Positions 46,370 through 54,926 of a stretch of 64,000 nucleotides of DNA are shown one piece after another (position 1 is the first letter of the stretch; every line of letters starts with the position of its first letter). This DNA is from Minisyncoccota bacterium (GTDB lineage Bacteria; Patescibacteriota; Minisyncoccia; Phycocordibacterales; DATDSR01): the NCBI GenBank assembly GCA_036517655.1, contig DATDVE010000023.1, forward strand, positions 1,358-65,357, given 5' to 3'. The notes beneath the pieces were generated by a model that was given only the letters and a program-made list of their open reading frames with translations, was not told the origin of the DNA and did not search any database. A program made the translations under genes and the position numbers.

Positions 46370-47146
46370 ATGACCGCGCAAGTTTACGCACAAGAGACTG
46401 GCAAGTACCAGCTACTCGAACAGCTTCCTAGTGGCCCGGAAGTTAATACTAAGAGCACAGAATATTTTGGCACGGCATATAACATTGCCCTAACAGTCAC
46501 GGTGGCTCTTGCCCTCGTCATGATTGTGGTGGGTGGTATTCAGTACACTATCTCTTGGGCCTCGCCCTCGGCAAAGGGAGATGCGAAAAATAGAATCTTG
46601 GGTGCCATCGGGGGACTCATTCTGGCTTTGGTCTCGTATATACTTTTGCATACGATTAATCCCAAACTTGTCACAGAGCAGAATATCAATTTGCCAAGCG
46701 GTGGCAGTTCTGGCGGAGGTGGTTCCTCGGGCGGCGGATCTGGGGGAGGAGCTTTATGCAGCACATGCTTGAGTCAAGCTGATGCGCTCAAGCAGTTAAC
46801 AGTCGCTGGCATTAGCGTTAAAACTGGAGTTGTCCTTGAGGGTATACGCCAAGATACTTTGAATGCTGTTTTCTATGTTAGAAGTAAGTGTAATGCTTGT
46901 ACGATAATAGTTACCTCGGCCCTGGAGGGTACTCATGAAAGTGGTGGACATGATTCGGGATACAAACTTGATGTGCGATTGAATCGTGATCTTGATAATT
47001 TTATCGAGACTAATTTCACTCGTGTTTCCGATAGCAAGACAATGAAGTACAAAAGATACCAGGAAAGCGTAACCGGAGCAGTCTGGATGAAAGAGATGTG
47101 CGCTGCCCCATGTACGCCACACTGGGACGTAGACGGAAAGGGATAA
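46370..47146 (+). CDS. pilin-like N-terminal domain fused via Gly/Ser linker to a putative Zn-peptidase (M15/VanY-like) domain
   Basis: 258 aa; two-TM segment with SPSAKGDAKNRILGAIGGLILALV, linker GGSSGGGGSSGGGSGGG, C-terminal SGGHDSGYKLD (H-x3-G-x3-D) plus later His, as in VanY/M15 DD-peptidases. Confidence 0.4.
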   Translation: MTAQVYAQETGKYQLLEQLPSGPEVNTKSTEYFGTAYNIALTVTVALALVMIVVGGIQYTISWASPSAKGDAKNRILGAIGGLILALVSYILLHTINPKLVTEQNINLPSGGSSGGGGSSGGGSGGGALCSTCLSQADALKQLTVAGISVKTGVVLEGIRQDTLNAVFYVRSKCNACTIIVTSALEGTHESGGHDSGYKLDVRLNRDLDNFIETNFTRVSDSKTMKYKRYQESVTGAVWMKEMCAAPCTPHWDVDGKG

Positions 47147-47152
47147 AAGTAG

Positions 47153-47236
47153 TGCCGAGGGAGAGATTTGAACTCTCAATCCCTTGCGGGAGCTAGCTTC
47201 TAAGGCTAGTGCGTATACCAATTCCGCCACCTCGGC
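47153..47236 (-). tRNA. tRNA-Leu (anticodon TAG)
   Basis: Revcomp GCCGAGGTGGCGGAATTGGTATACGC...CTAGC-CTTAGAA-GCTAG, long variable arm, T-arm GAGAG-TTCAAAT-CTCTC. Confidence 0.85.
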
Positions 47237-47258
47237 AAAAGTCCATGATACTTTGTAA

Positions 47259-48425
47259 TCAGATCGTGTTCAAGAGCGTGCGAGTTTTCGGACCTACCAT
47301 GCCAACTTGCTCAAGATAATTTTTGGCTTGGAAGCTTTTGACTGCTTGCTCGGTGCAAGGACCGAAGTTGCCTGTCATAGGGCAATCTCGCAATGTCTTA
47401 CCCAACGGCGGATACAAACCCAGCTCATTTAGTCTAATTTGCAAAGCTAGGATATCCGGTAAGCCCCTCATCCCCCTAAACAACAATTTAGAAAAATAAA
47501 AGCTCGAGCTTTCTGATTTGGTTACCAGGCCTGCCTGCGCAGGCAGGTATCCAAAAAAGTTCTCGAGAGCTTGGGCTGTCTGTCTGGCAAGGTAATCAAG
47601 ATAAAGTGCGCGAACTTCTGGACTGGCAAACTGTGACTCGTAGATGTAGCTGTACTCTATCAAGAGTGAGGCGTTATCTCGAGTGCCATGTGAGCCGATA
47701 GCAATTAGCTCGCGATCGGGTGTTACACCCAAGTCTTCACCCGGCAATGTGCTTATGGGCATAACTTGAGAGAGTTCGTCGCGTAAGTAGATTGCCAGGG
47801 CTTGGCTCGTGGCGCCATTCGCAAAGCTTGAGTCTGGCACATAGATAGTGAAGCCAATGTGCTCGCCCGGCACGCGCATGTTTGATCTGGGGTAGTCGTT
47901 GATGTGGATGTGCAGGGCAATGTCTATCCGATTGTCGTTGGCAAATTTATTGAGGGCGTAGAGTTCGAAAGCTGTTTGAGCTGGAGCCGTGTTGTGGTAA
48001 ACAGATTGAGTTGTCGCGACTGTCGCAGATTTTGCGGAATTATAATATTTGATCGAAGCATCCCTGAAGGCCGTGATCTCTGCGTGCCCCTCGTCCATGA
48101 AAGCTTGGAACCAAGATGCATATTGCCCAGTTTCGTCACGTGCTACATAAATTTTAAAGTTCTTATCGCTCTCGAGTAGCTTCAAAATTTTGTGGGCGAT
48201 CAACACATTGAGATCTCGTTCGTAGTAATCAGCAAATTGCGTGCCGCCGTCATTCTTGCCGTGCCCGGGCACTATCAATACACGCAAATCGCCCTCACTG
48301 TAGTGCTGCTTGATGTGCTCTATCGAGGACTGCTTGCCATAGAATGGATCGTAAGATGTACCGGCCACATGAGCCTGCGCTGCCGCCGGAATGAGTATAA
48401 GAAATATGAGCGAGTACTTAAACAT
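47259..48425 (-). CDS. N-acetylmuramoyl-L-alanine amidase (Amidase_3) with C-terminal peptidoglycan-binding domain
   Basis: 388 aa; signal peptide; LIVPGHGKNDGG...ALHIHINDYP Amidase_3 pattern; C-terminal PG_binding_1-like LALQIRLNELGLY...AVKSFQAKNYL; carries an in-frame palindromic insert at 47518-47556. Confidence 0.7.
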   Translation of the reverse strand: MFKYSLIFLILIPAAAQAHVAGTSYDPFYGKQSSIEHIKQHYSEGDLRVLIVPGHGKNDGGTQFADYYERDLNVLIAHKILKLLESDKNFKIYVARDETGQYASWFQAFMDEGHAEITAFRDASIKYYNSAKSATVATTQSVYHNTAPAQTAFELYALNKFANDNRIDIALHIHINDYPRSNMRVPGEHIGFTIYVPDSSFANGATSQALAIYLRDELSQVMPISTLPGEDLGVTPDRELIAIGSHGTRDNASLLIEYSYIYESQFASPEVRALYLDYLARQTAQALENFFGYLPAQAGLVTKSESSSFYFSKLLFRGMRGLPDILALQIRLNELGLYPPLGKTLRDCPMTGNFGPCTEQAVKSFQAKNYLEQVGMVGPKTRTLLNTI

Positions 48426-48429
48426 CGAG

Positions 48430-48502
48430 TCCCCCCAGTAGGGCTCGAACCTACGACCTTATCCTTAAGAGGGATCTGCTCTACCAACTGAGCTATGGGG
48501 GG
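48430..48502 (-). tRNA. tRNA-Lys (anticodon CTT)
   Basis: Revcomp CCCCCCATAGCTCAGTTGGTAGAGC...GATCC-CTCTTAA-GGATA..GTAGG-TTCGAGC-CCTAC-TGGGGGG. Confidence 0.8.
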
Positions 48503-48528
48503 GTAACAAAGACTATCTTAACAAATTA

Positions 48529-48612
48529 TGCTCGGGGTGGGAATCGAACCCACATGACCTTTCGATCACAACATTTTAAGTGTTGCGCGTATACCAATTC
48601 CGCCACCCGAGC
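48529..48612 (-). tRNA. tRNA-Leu (anticodon TAA)
   Basis: Revcomp GCTCGGGTGGCGGAATTGGTATACGCG-CAACA-CTTAAAA-TGTTG, long variable arm, T-arm GTGGG-TTCGATT-CCCAC. Confidence 0.85.
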
Positions 48613-48767
48613 AACGGGAGGCCACGGCGGGAAACGGTCACAACTCTCGGCTCGTCGTCACTTGCCTCGGTCGCGACCCCGCCTCACGAATTCGCAAGCT
48701 TGCGAATTAACGCTCCGGCTTGCGATTCCCGACACACGCAAAATTGTTTGCGTGTTCCTTGGCCTTG

Positions 48768-48839
48768 AGGCCACGGCGGGAATCGCACCCGCGTATAAGG
48801 GATTTGCAGTCCCTTGCCTTACTACTTGGCTACGTGGCC
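48768..48839 (-). tRNA. tRNA-Cys (anticodon GCA)
   Basis: Revcomp GGCCACGTAGCCAAGTAGTAAGGCA-AGGGA-CTGCAAA-TCCCT..GCGGG-TGCGATT-CCCGC-CGTGGCC. Confidence 0.8.
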
Positions 48840-48853
48840 GTATGACTAGCTTA

Positions 48854-49177
48854 CTATTTTCGCAGGAGCTCGTCTATTCTCTGGCGGTTTTTCTCTCCTT
48901 GGTCAAGTACAAATTGAATTTTGGGGACATGGCGCATTTTTGTTTTCTGCGAGATGTACTCTCTTACGACTCCGGCATGTCTCTCGGCGAAGCCCAAGGC
49001 CGCCTTCTCACTCACAACGGGGAACACAGACATATAACATCTGGCCAGTTTGCCTTCGCCCAGAAGCTCTACTCGCGTAATTGTTATCAGGGCTTTGCGA
49101 TCTGACTCCTTCTCCAGGCACTCTGAAACCAGATCTCGGAATTCATCTGTTAATCTATTTTGTCGCCGCTCTCGCAT
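48854..49177 (-). CDS. rbfA: ribosome-binding factor A
   Basis: 107 aa; KH-like RbfA pattern (ITITRVELLGEGKLARCYMSVF); immediately downstream of infB. Confidence 0.75.
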   Translation of the reverse strand: MRERRQNRLTDEFRDLVSECLEKESDRKALITITRVELLGEGKLARCYMSVFPVVSEKAALGFAERHAGVVREYISQKTKMRHVPKIQFVLDQGEKNRQRIDELLRK

Positions 49178-49181
49178 CTAT

Positions 49182-50672
49182 TTAGGATTTAGTTGTGATC
49201 TCAAGTATATCGCCTTCAGCTATTGCAAGCTTAGATTCTATCACTGCGCCAAACTGCTCTCCCTCCGATACAGAGTCTGCATCGTTGCGCATTTTCTGGA
49301 GGTTAGCAATCTTGCCGTCGCCCACGATCTCATCGGCCCTCTTGATTCTTACCTTCTTGCTCTTTTCAAGCTTGCCCTCTATCACAATGCCGCCAATAAC
49401 CTGCTTGTCGCGAGTTTTACTGAAGGTTTTGAGAACTTTGGCCAGAGCAGTCACAGTTACGCTTTCCTCCTTCGGGCTTACACTCTGGACGTATTCGTCA
49501 AGCCACTCGGTAAGTTTGTAGATAATATCGAAGAGTCCAATCGCAATCCCGTTCTTGAGTGCAAGGTCAGTTGCATGCCTGTCGGCACTGACTCCGAAGC
49601 CGAGCACAACGGGTTTATCAGAGCCGAGAATAAATTTGATATCCGTCTCCGAAATTTCGCCCACCCCACTACTTACAAGTTTGATGGCTACCTTCTCTGT
49701 TGCATGCTTAGACAACTCTGCCATGAGAGCCTCAAGTGTCCCGGCGCTGTCGGCCTTGATTACGATCGGCACTATGATCTCTTTGCTTTCTTCAAGATTC
49801 GTAGCTTTGGCCGAGCTTCCCCTGCTACTTCTCGCAATCTCTGCCGCGTCCTCGGCACTGCGCTTATCGGCGAATACTGCCAAGTGCGCGCCCACCGCTG
49901 GTAACTCTGTGAACCCGCTTAAGATAACTGGTGTCGAAGCAATGGCGCTCTCGATCGCCTTACCTTCCCAATTATGCAGAGTTCTCGCCACAGACACATC
50001 TGTATCTACAAGCACCACATCACCCTTTTTCAGCACGCCATTCTTTATAACGAGCGTGGCCAGCGACCCCTTCTTAGGATCACGGTGAGATTCGACTACG
50101 ACACCTTCTCCTGCCGCGCTATTATCTGTAGTGAGCTCCGTGAGACTCGCGAGAAGAAGTATGAGTGACAGTAGTGTTGGGATGCCCTCTCCGGTCTTGC
50201 CAGAAACCGCTGCGAACGAAACCGTGCCGCCGTAACCTTCGAGGTAGACTTCCGCTTCAGCCAAACTTTGCTTGGCTCTTTCTATGTTGGCGCCAGATTT
50301 GTCGATCTTGGTTATGGCAACTACAAATGGCACATTTGCTTTCTTGATTGCATCAAGGACCTCGAGCGTCTGCGGCTTGACGCCATCGTCTGCGGCAACT
50401 ACCAGAATGGCGATATCTGCGACCGCCGCGCCTCGCTCGCGCATCTTGCCGAATGCCGCATGTCCCGGTGTGTCTATGAATGTGATGCGCTTGCTCTCGC
50501 CTTCGTATTCGTGCGTTACTTCGTAGGCAGCTGTGTGTTGGGTGATACCTCCCGCCTCACTTTCTACAACGTTTGTTTTCCTGATGTAATCAAGCAGGGT
50601 AGACTTGCCGTGGTCAACATGGCCAAGGACAACAACAACAGGCGGTCTTTCGGTTTTAGAATTATTTTCCAT
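49182..50672 (-). CDS. infB: translation initiation factor IF-2 (N-terminally minimal form)
   Basis: 496 aa; G-domain [26 protein letters not shown]; beta-barrel domains; no long N-terminal extension. Confidence 0.9.
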   Translation of the reverse strand: MENNSKTERPPVVVVLGHVDHGKSTLLDYIRKTNVVESEAGGITQHTAAYEVTHEYEGESKRITFIDTPGHAAFGKMRERGAAVADIAILVVAADDGVKPQTLEVLDAIKKANVPFVVAITKIDKSGANIERAKQSLAEAEVYLEGYGGTVSFAAVSGKTGEGIPTLLSLILLLASLTELTTDNSAAGEGVVVESHRDPKKGSLATLVIKNGVLKKGDVVLVDTDVSVARTLHNWEGKAIESAIASTPVILSGFTELPAVGAHLAVFADKRSAEDAAEIARSSRGSSAKATNLEESKEIIVPIVIKADSAGTLEALMAELSKHATEKVAIKLVSSGVGEISETDIKFILGSDKPVVLGFGVSADRHATDLALKNGIAIGLFDIIYKLTEWLDEYVQSVSPKEESVTVTALAKVLKTFSKTRDKQVIGGIVIEGKLEKSKKVRIKRADEIVGDGKIANLQKMRNDADSVSEGEQFGAVIESKLAIAEGDILEITTKS

Positions 50673-50699
50673 GGTTGTGTTGTTGTACTCTTCACGATA

Positions 50700-51143
50700 T
50701 CAATTAGATGTGATACGCGCTATCAATTCTCGTTCCTCGTCCGACAATTCGTGATCACTTGACCTACCCTTGATAGGTTTGGCATAGACACTCGATTTGT
50801 CTCTGCTCCAAAGTCCAGTAAAGACAACTCCGTCGCCCCTCTCATCCGCAAGCAATGTGCTCCAGCTCTGATTGCCACCCTGGTCGCGGAAGGGGTTGAA
50901 GCGTACGGTCTCTACCCATTGCACGCTCTTTTTTACTCTCCCATCAATCTCGCTTATTCTCTCATCGGTGGTCTGCTTGTGGACAAACAATTTCGTAAGT
51001 TCGTCCCGCAAGCGCACTATTGTGTCCTCGAGTGTCTTGGCATTCTTGCCCGCGAGCAAGCGCGAGATCCTAAATTCAAGCCGGATGACCCATGCCAGAA
51101 GCACAACTAAAGCGGCTATAAGAATATAAGAAAGAGTGCTCAT
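50700..51143 (-). CDS. hypothetical membrane-anchored protein
   Basis: 147 aa; N-terminal TM helix, coiled coil, conserved-looking C-terminal region. Confidence 0.4.
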   Translation of the reverse strand: MSTLSYILIAALVVLLAWVIRLEFRISRLLAGKNAKTLEDTIVRLRDELTKLFVHKQTTDERISEIDGRVKKSVQWVETVRFNPFRDQGGNQSWSTLLADERGDGVVFTGLWSRDKSSVYAKPIKGRSSDHELSDEERELIARITSN

Positions 51144-51222
51144 GCTACAGGATGCATACTAACGCTTCCAAGGGATCTTTGCAATAAGAATAAATATATG
51201 TAGTATCACGGCAGGAGGTCAC

Positions 51223-51903
51223 ATGCAGATCCACGGTCGCAATATCGCCGGGGTCGGATTCGACCTCGACGGCACTCTCATTCATTCGGAAGAGATCAAC
51301 ATTCGGGCAGTAGTAGCCACATGCCGACAGTTCCAAATCCCATACGAGCTCAAGGACAAGCGAGAACTCTTGGGCAGAACCAATACCCAGATCTTTACCG
51401 AGATCACAAACAGACTGGGTTTGGGCACGGCGATAGATGTGCGGGAACTCTCACGGCACAAGAGGGAGTACTTCGTCGGACATCTCTCTGAAGCCCAAGA
51501 AGTGGCGGGAGCGGTGAAATTCGTTCGGGCCGTGCGACGGCTTGGACTTGCCACTGCGATCGCCACCGCAGCCTCGAACATTTCGCTCGACGCGGCACTT
51601 GGGGCACTCCTGCTCTCGCGGGAGGAGTTCTCGGTGCTCATGCCAGCTGATTCGTTGCCGCGAGATCGTGCTAAGCCGCATCCGCATCACTGGGCAGAGA
51701 CTGCCAGACTGGCTGGTGTCGGCGCACTGGAGTTCCTGGTCATCGAGGATACGCCACGCAGTGCGATGTCTGCTGTCGAAGCAGGGTGCTTCACCTGCGG
51801 GATCCTGACCACTCACAGCAGGGAGGAGCTACTTGAGGCCGGGACGGACTTTGTTGTGGAGTCCTTCGCAGAGCTTGCCCGACTTGCGGGTCTTGATTTA
51901 TGA
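51223..51903 (+). CDS. HAD-IA family hydrolase (beta-phosphoglucomutase/phosphatase-like)
   Basis: 226 aa; motif I FDLDGTLIHSE, motif IV-like EDT. Confidence 0.7.
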   Translation: MQIHGRNIAGVGFDLDGTLIHSEEINIRAVVATCRQFQIPYELKDKRELLGRTNTQIFTEITNRLGLGTAIDVRELSRHKREYFVGHLSEAQEVAGAVKFVRAVRRLGLATAIATAASNISLDAALGALLLSREEFSVLMPADSLPRDRAKPHPHHWAETARLAGVGALEFLVIEDTPRSAMSAVEAGCFTCGILTTHSREELLEAGTDFVVESFAELARLAGLDL

Positions 51904-51943
51904 CGGCCACTACCACAGGTGGCCGTCAAGCATTTCTGCTATT

Positions 51944-53080
51944 ATGTTTCATATTATGAAGGAGCGCATATTTTTAGATAACGCTGCGGGGCGCAATAAT
52001 CCCAACGCAATTTATCACGAGGGTCGCGAAGCGCGCGCGCGACTTGAGAGTGCACGGGCAAGAATTGCAAAAGTGCTAAGCGTTGCCACCGACGAAATAA
52101 TTTTCACCCCCTGGGGCACAGAGGCAAATATCCTAGTTACCGCTTCACTCCAAAGCGGTTTAACCGCTGAGAAATCGCATGTCATAACCACACAGATAGA
52201 GCACAAGAGCATGCTCGATGCGCTCAAGCATTTCCCGAAAGTAACTTATTTAAAGCCTGATCACGAAGGCCTGATTTCAGTCAAGCAAGTTGAGCAAGCA
52301 TTGCGACCAGAGACAAAACTCGTGAGCATCATGTATGCAAATAACGAAATAGGCACAATCCAGCCGATCAAGGAAATCGCAAGAATGTTAAGGCGAAAGG
52401 GAACTCGCTCTGCTGAAGTCCTCGGAAAAAATCCCCAGACTGTCAGCATAACGAGTTCCCATTCGCCCCAGCCACTTTTTCATAGTGACTGTGTGCAAGC
52501 TCCAGGGCTTTTGCCGATTAATATGCAGAGTTTGGGTGTGGACCTGGCAAGTTTCAGCGCGGCTAAGTTTGGCGGACCAGATGGTATTGGCTTTCTGTTC
52601 AGGCGCAGGGGAGTCGAATTGCCGGGGGTGCGAGATGCCGGAGCAGTTGATCTAGTTGAGCAAATGGCGGTGTCTCTCGAGAAAGCTAGCAAGCTAACAG
52701 GCCAACAAGCTAAAAAGCTAGAAACTCTGCGAGATTACTTTATAGCTGAAGTTCTCAAGAACACCGGGGCTCTACTAAATGGTTCACACGAAGTGAGGCT
52801 GGCGAATAATGCTAATTTTGTTTTCCCGATTGACTCTGAATTGCTTGTGCTAGAACTTGATAGATACGGCATCGCCGCATCAGCTGGTGCCGCATGTAGC
52901 TCGGGAGAATGTGACGAAGGCTCGCATGTTATACTTGCTCTCGGTAAAAGTAAGAAAGAGTCTAACCAGTCCGTCAGATTCTCACTGGGTTACGATACAA
53001 AAAAGAGTGATCTAGATTATGTAGTAAAAATTTTAAGAAAAGTTATAAATAAACACACAAATTTATGGCAGAAGAACTAA
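51944..53080 (+). CDS. class V aminotransferase / cysteine desulfurase-like PLP enzyme
   Basis: About 378 aa from MFHIMKERIF; PLP-Lys region SFSAAKFGGPDGIGFL; start chosen to avoid overlap with the upstream gene. Confidence 0.65.
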   Translation: MFHIMKERIFLDNAAGRNNPNAIYHEGREARARLESARARIAKVLSVATDEIIFTPWGTEANILVTASLQSGLTAEKSHVITTQIEHKSMLDALKHFPKVTYLKPDHEGLISVKQVEQALRPETKLVSIMYANNEIGTIQPIKEIARMLRRKGTRSAEVLGKNPQTVSITSSHSPQPLFHSDCVQAPGLLPINMQSLGVDLASFSAAKFGGPDGIGFLFRRRGVELPGVRDAGAVDLVEQMAVSLEKASKLTGQQAKKLETLRDYFIAEVLKNTGALLNGSHEVRLANNANFVFPIDSELLVLELDRYGIAASAGAACSSGECDEGSHVILALGKSKKESNQSVRFSLGYDTKKSDLDYVVKILRKVINKHTNLWQKN

Positions 53081-53658
53081 AGATTAGCGATAAAACAAAA
53101 CAGATTCACAAAGATAAACTTTATGCAGGTTATGTAGCGAAAGAAAAGGAAGTCGGGGATAAGTTAGTAGAATTAAGAGACAAAATAATCGCGGGCACTG
53201 CACCGGGTGGCAACGCGACATACAGTGAGTTGCGTGCGCTAAAAGACGCTGAGAACTTCGCTACCAATGCAGTTTACTTGCATGAGTGGTACTTTGGTGT
53301 TCAGGAGGGAGATGCAGATTATGCCAAAGCACCAGAATTAGCTAAGGCACTAACAGAGAAATGGGGAAGTATGGAAAATGCGATCAAATATGTGAGCGAA
53401 TGCGGCATGGCGGCCCGTGGTTGGGCAGTGGTAGCTTGGGATACAAAAGATGGCAACTTGCGGCAATATAATGCAGATGCGCACAACCAAGGGGGAGTGT
53501 GGGGTTGCCTTCCCATCATTGTGCTGGACGTCTACGAACATGCGTACTTCATCGATTTTGGCGCAGACAGAAAGAGTTATATAGAAGCATATTGGAAGAA
53601 CTTTAATTGGGCGGCTGCGGAGCAGATGTATCTAAAAGTTCGCGGCTTGACTTTATAG
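53065..53658 (+). CDS. Fe/Mn superoxide dismutase family protein (divergent N-terminus)
   Basis: 197 aa; C-terminal SOD motifs DVYEHAYFIDF and GWAVVAWD; the N-terminal HxxxHH region is not evident. Confidence 0.55.
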   Translation: MAEELKISDKTKQIHKDKLYAGYVAKEKEVGDKLVELRDKIIAGTAPGGNATYSELRALKDAENFATNAVYLHEWYFGVQEGDADYAKAPELAKALTEKWGSMENAIKYVSECGMAARGWAVVAWDTKDGNLRQYNADAHNQGGVWGCLPIIVLDVYEHAYFIDFGADRKSYIEAYWKNFNWAAAEQMYLKVRGLTL

Positions 53659-54012
53659 AGGGGGGGGGGTAGAATCAAGTCGGTTCGAACCATGGTTCGG
53701 TGAGGAATGAAGCGTGTAGACTTTCCGTATTCGCGCAGGGACGGGCGTTACCTTGGAGAAGGTGCGTTAAACCACATACTCGCCACGACGGGTTATGCCG
53801 GGAGTTACCAGACAACTGGCCTCTCGCCTGGGAAACAACGTGGGCCAAGCCCCCTGCTACCTTACGTAGAAACTGTACCCGCTTCTCACCCTGCTCGGGC
53901 TGGATACCCGAGGCAGGTTACCAAGCCGAACTGCTTTACGCCGGGTGGACGCAAGTCCACCCGGCTTTCCCGTTGTCTGTAAGTAATATACCTGCGTAAC
54001 GGGGGTGACTCT

Positions 54013-54876
54013 ATGGCGTCTTTTGCTATAATGGAAGCAATGAATCTGGAACAACTTAGTAAAACTCAAATTGTGCTTTTGACACTTTTCGTTTCTTTTG
54101 TTACTTCTATTGCTACTGGCATCGTCACAGTCACTTTAGTCGAGCAGGCACCTTCGGACGTTACGCGTACCATCAACACAGTTGTGGAGAGAACGGTGGA
54201 GAAGGTTGTACCGGGCGAGACGCGCATCGTGGAGCGGATCAAAGAGATCAGTAACCCCACAGAGAGTGACTTGGCTATCGGTGCGATTGATAAGACGCAG
54301 AACGTTCTGGTCATTGCTCGCACCTCACTCGGCACGCGGGTGAAAGGTTTCTTCGTGAGCAATAAAGGTGAGGCGCTGGTCATGGCCCCGGCCGGAGTAG
54401 ATGTTGGTAACGAACTTGGCCTCACTTGGATAGGCAGTGGTACCACCACAATGATATCGGTGAAGGTCAAAAAGATAGATCAGGAACTCGGGGTTATGAT
54501 CGTTGCTCCATCAGAGAGTCAAAAAATTCTCTATCCGTATGTAAATCTCTCTGCTGTGCCGGTGCCAGCGCTCGGCCAGCGCGTGATCTCGATCGGTTAC
54601 TCGGATGACTTGGGCGTCAAGATCGAATTTGGCAATGTGATCGGGATACTTGATGCCAAGGAAGATGAAGGTGCCCGCCGATTCCTGACCTCGCTATCCG
54701 GCAGTAACTCCAATATTGGCGCGCCTGTTGTAGATGTAAGTGCGAGAGTGATGGGCATTGAGGTGGGCCGCGGCGCCAGTCAGTCAGAAGGTTCGGTCGT
54801 GATCCCACTCTCGAGGCTATCGGCCTTGATTGGCTCTATAGCCGGCGCCTCTACTACAACCCCATTGACAAACTAG
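54013..54876 (+). CDS. membrane-anchored trypsin-like (S1 family) peptidase-domain protein, possibly inactive
   Basis: 287 aa; N-terminal TM helix; chymotrypsin-fold pattern (LAIGAID...GFFVS..G..V..A..V; GSNSNIGAPVVD where GDSGGP is expected). Confidence 0.4.
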   Translation: MASFAIMEAMNLEQLSKTQIVLLTLFVSFVTSIATGIVTVTLVEQAPSDVTRTINTVVERTVEKVVPGETRIVERIKEISNPTESDLAIGAIDKTQNVLVIARTSLGTRVKGFFVSNKGEALVMAPAGVDVGNELGLTWIGSGTTTMISVKVKKIDQELGVMIVAPSESQKILYPYVNLSAVPVPALGQRVISIGYSDDLGVKIEFGNVIGILDAKEDEGARRFLTSLSGSNSNIGAPVVDVSARVMGIEVGRGASQSEGSVVIPLSRLSALIGSIAGASTTTPLTN

Positions 54877-54926
54877 GTTCTATGTCTTAATCTAATATCT
54901 AATACCTAACATCTAGTACCTAACCT

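Noticed and set aside
48694-48714. GAATTCGCAAGCTTGCGAATT (EcoRI-HindIII-EcoRI-like palindrome) as cloning-vector contamination
   Set aside because: It is only 21 bp, perfectly dyad-symmetric, and embedded in native tRNA flanks with a second native-looking hairpin nearby. No vector backbone sequence is present, so it is read as a natural hairpin.
53707-53982. ORFs 53707..53982 and 53700..53999 as protein-coding genes; tmRNA as the identity of this region
   Set aside because: The translations are Arg/Pro/Gly-rich with no hydrophobic core, typical of GC-rich non-coding sequence. For tmRNA there is no tag frame ending ...AA-stop and no tRNA-like acceptor/T-arm with CCA, so neither interpretation holds.
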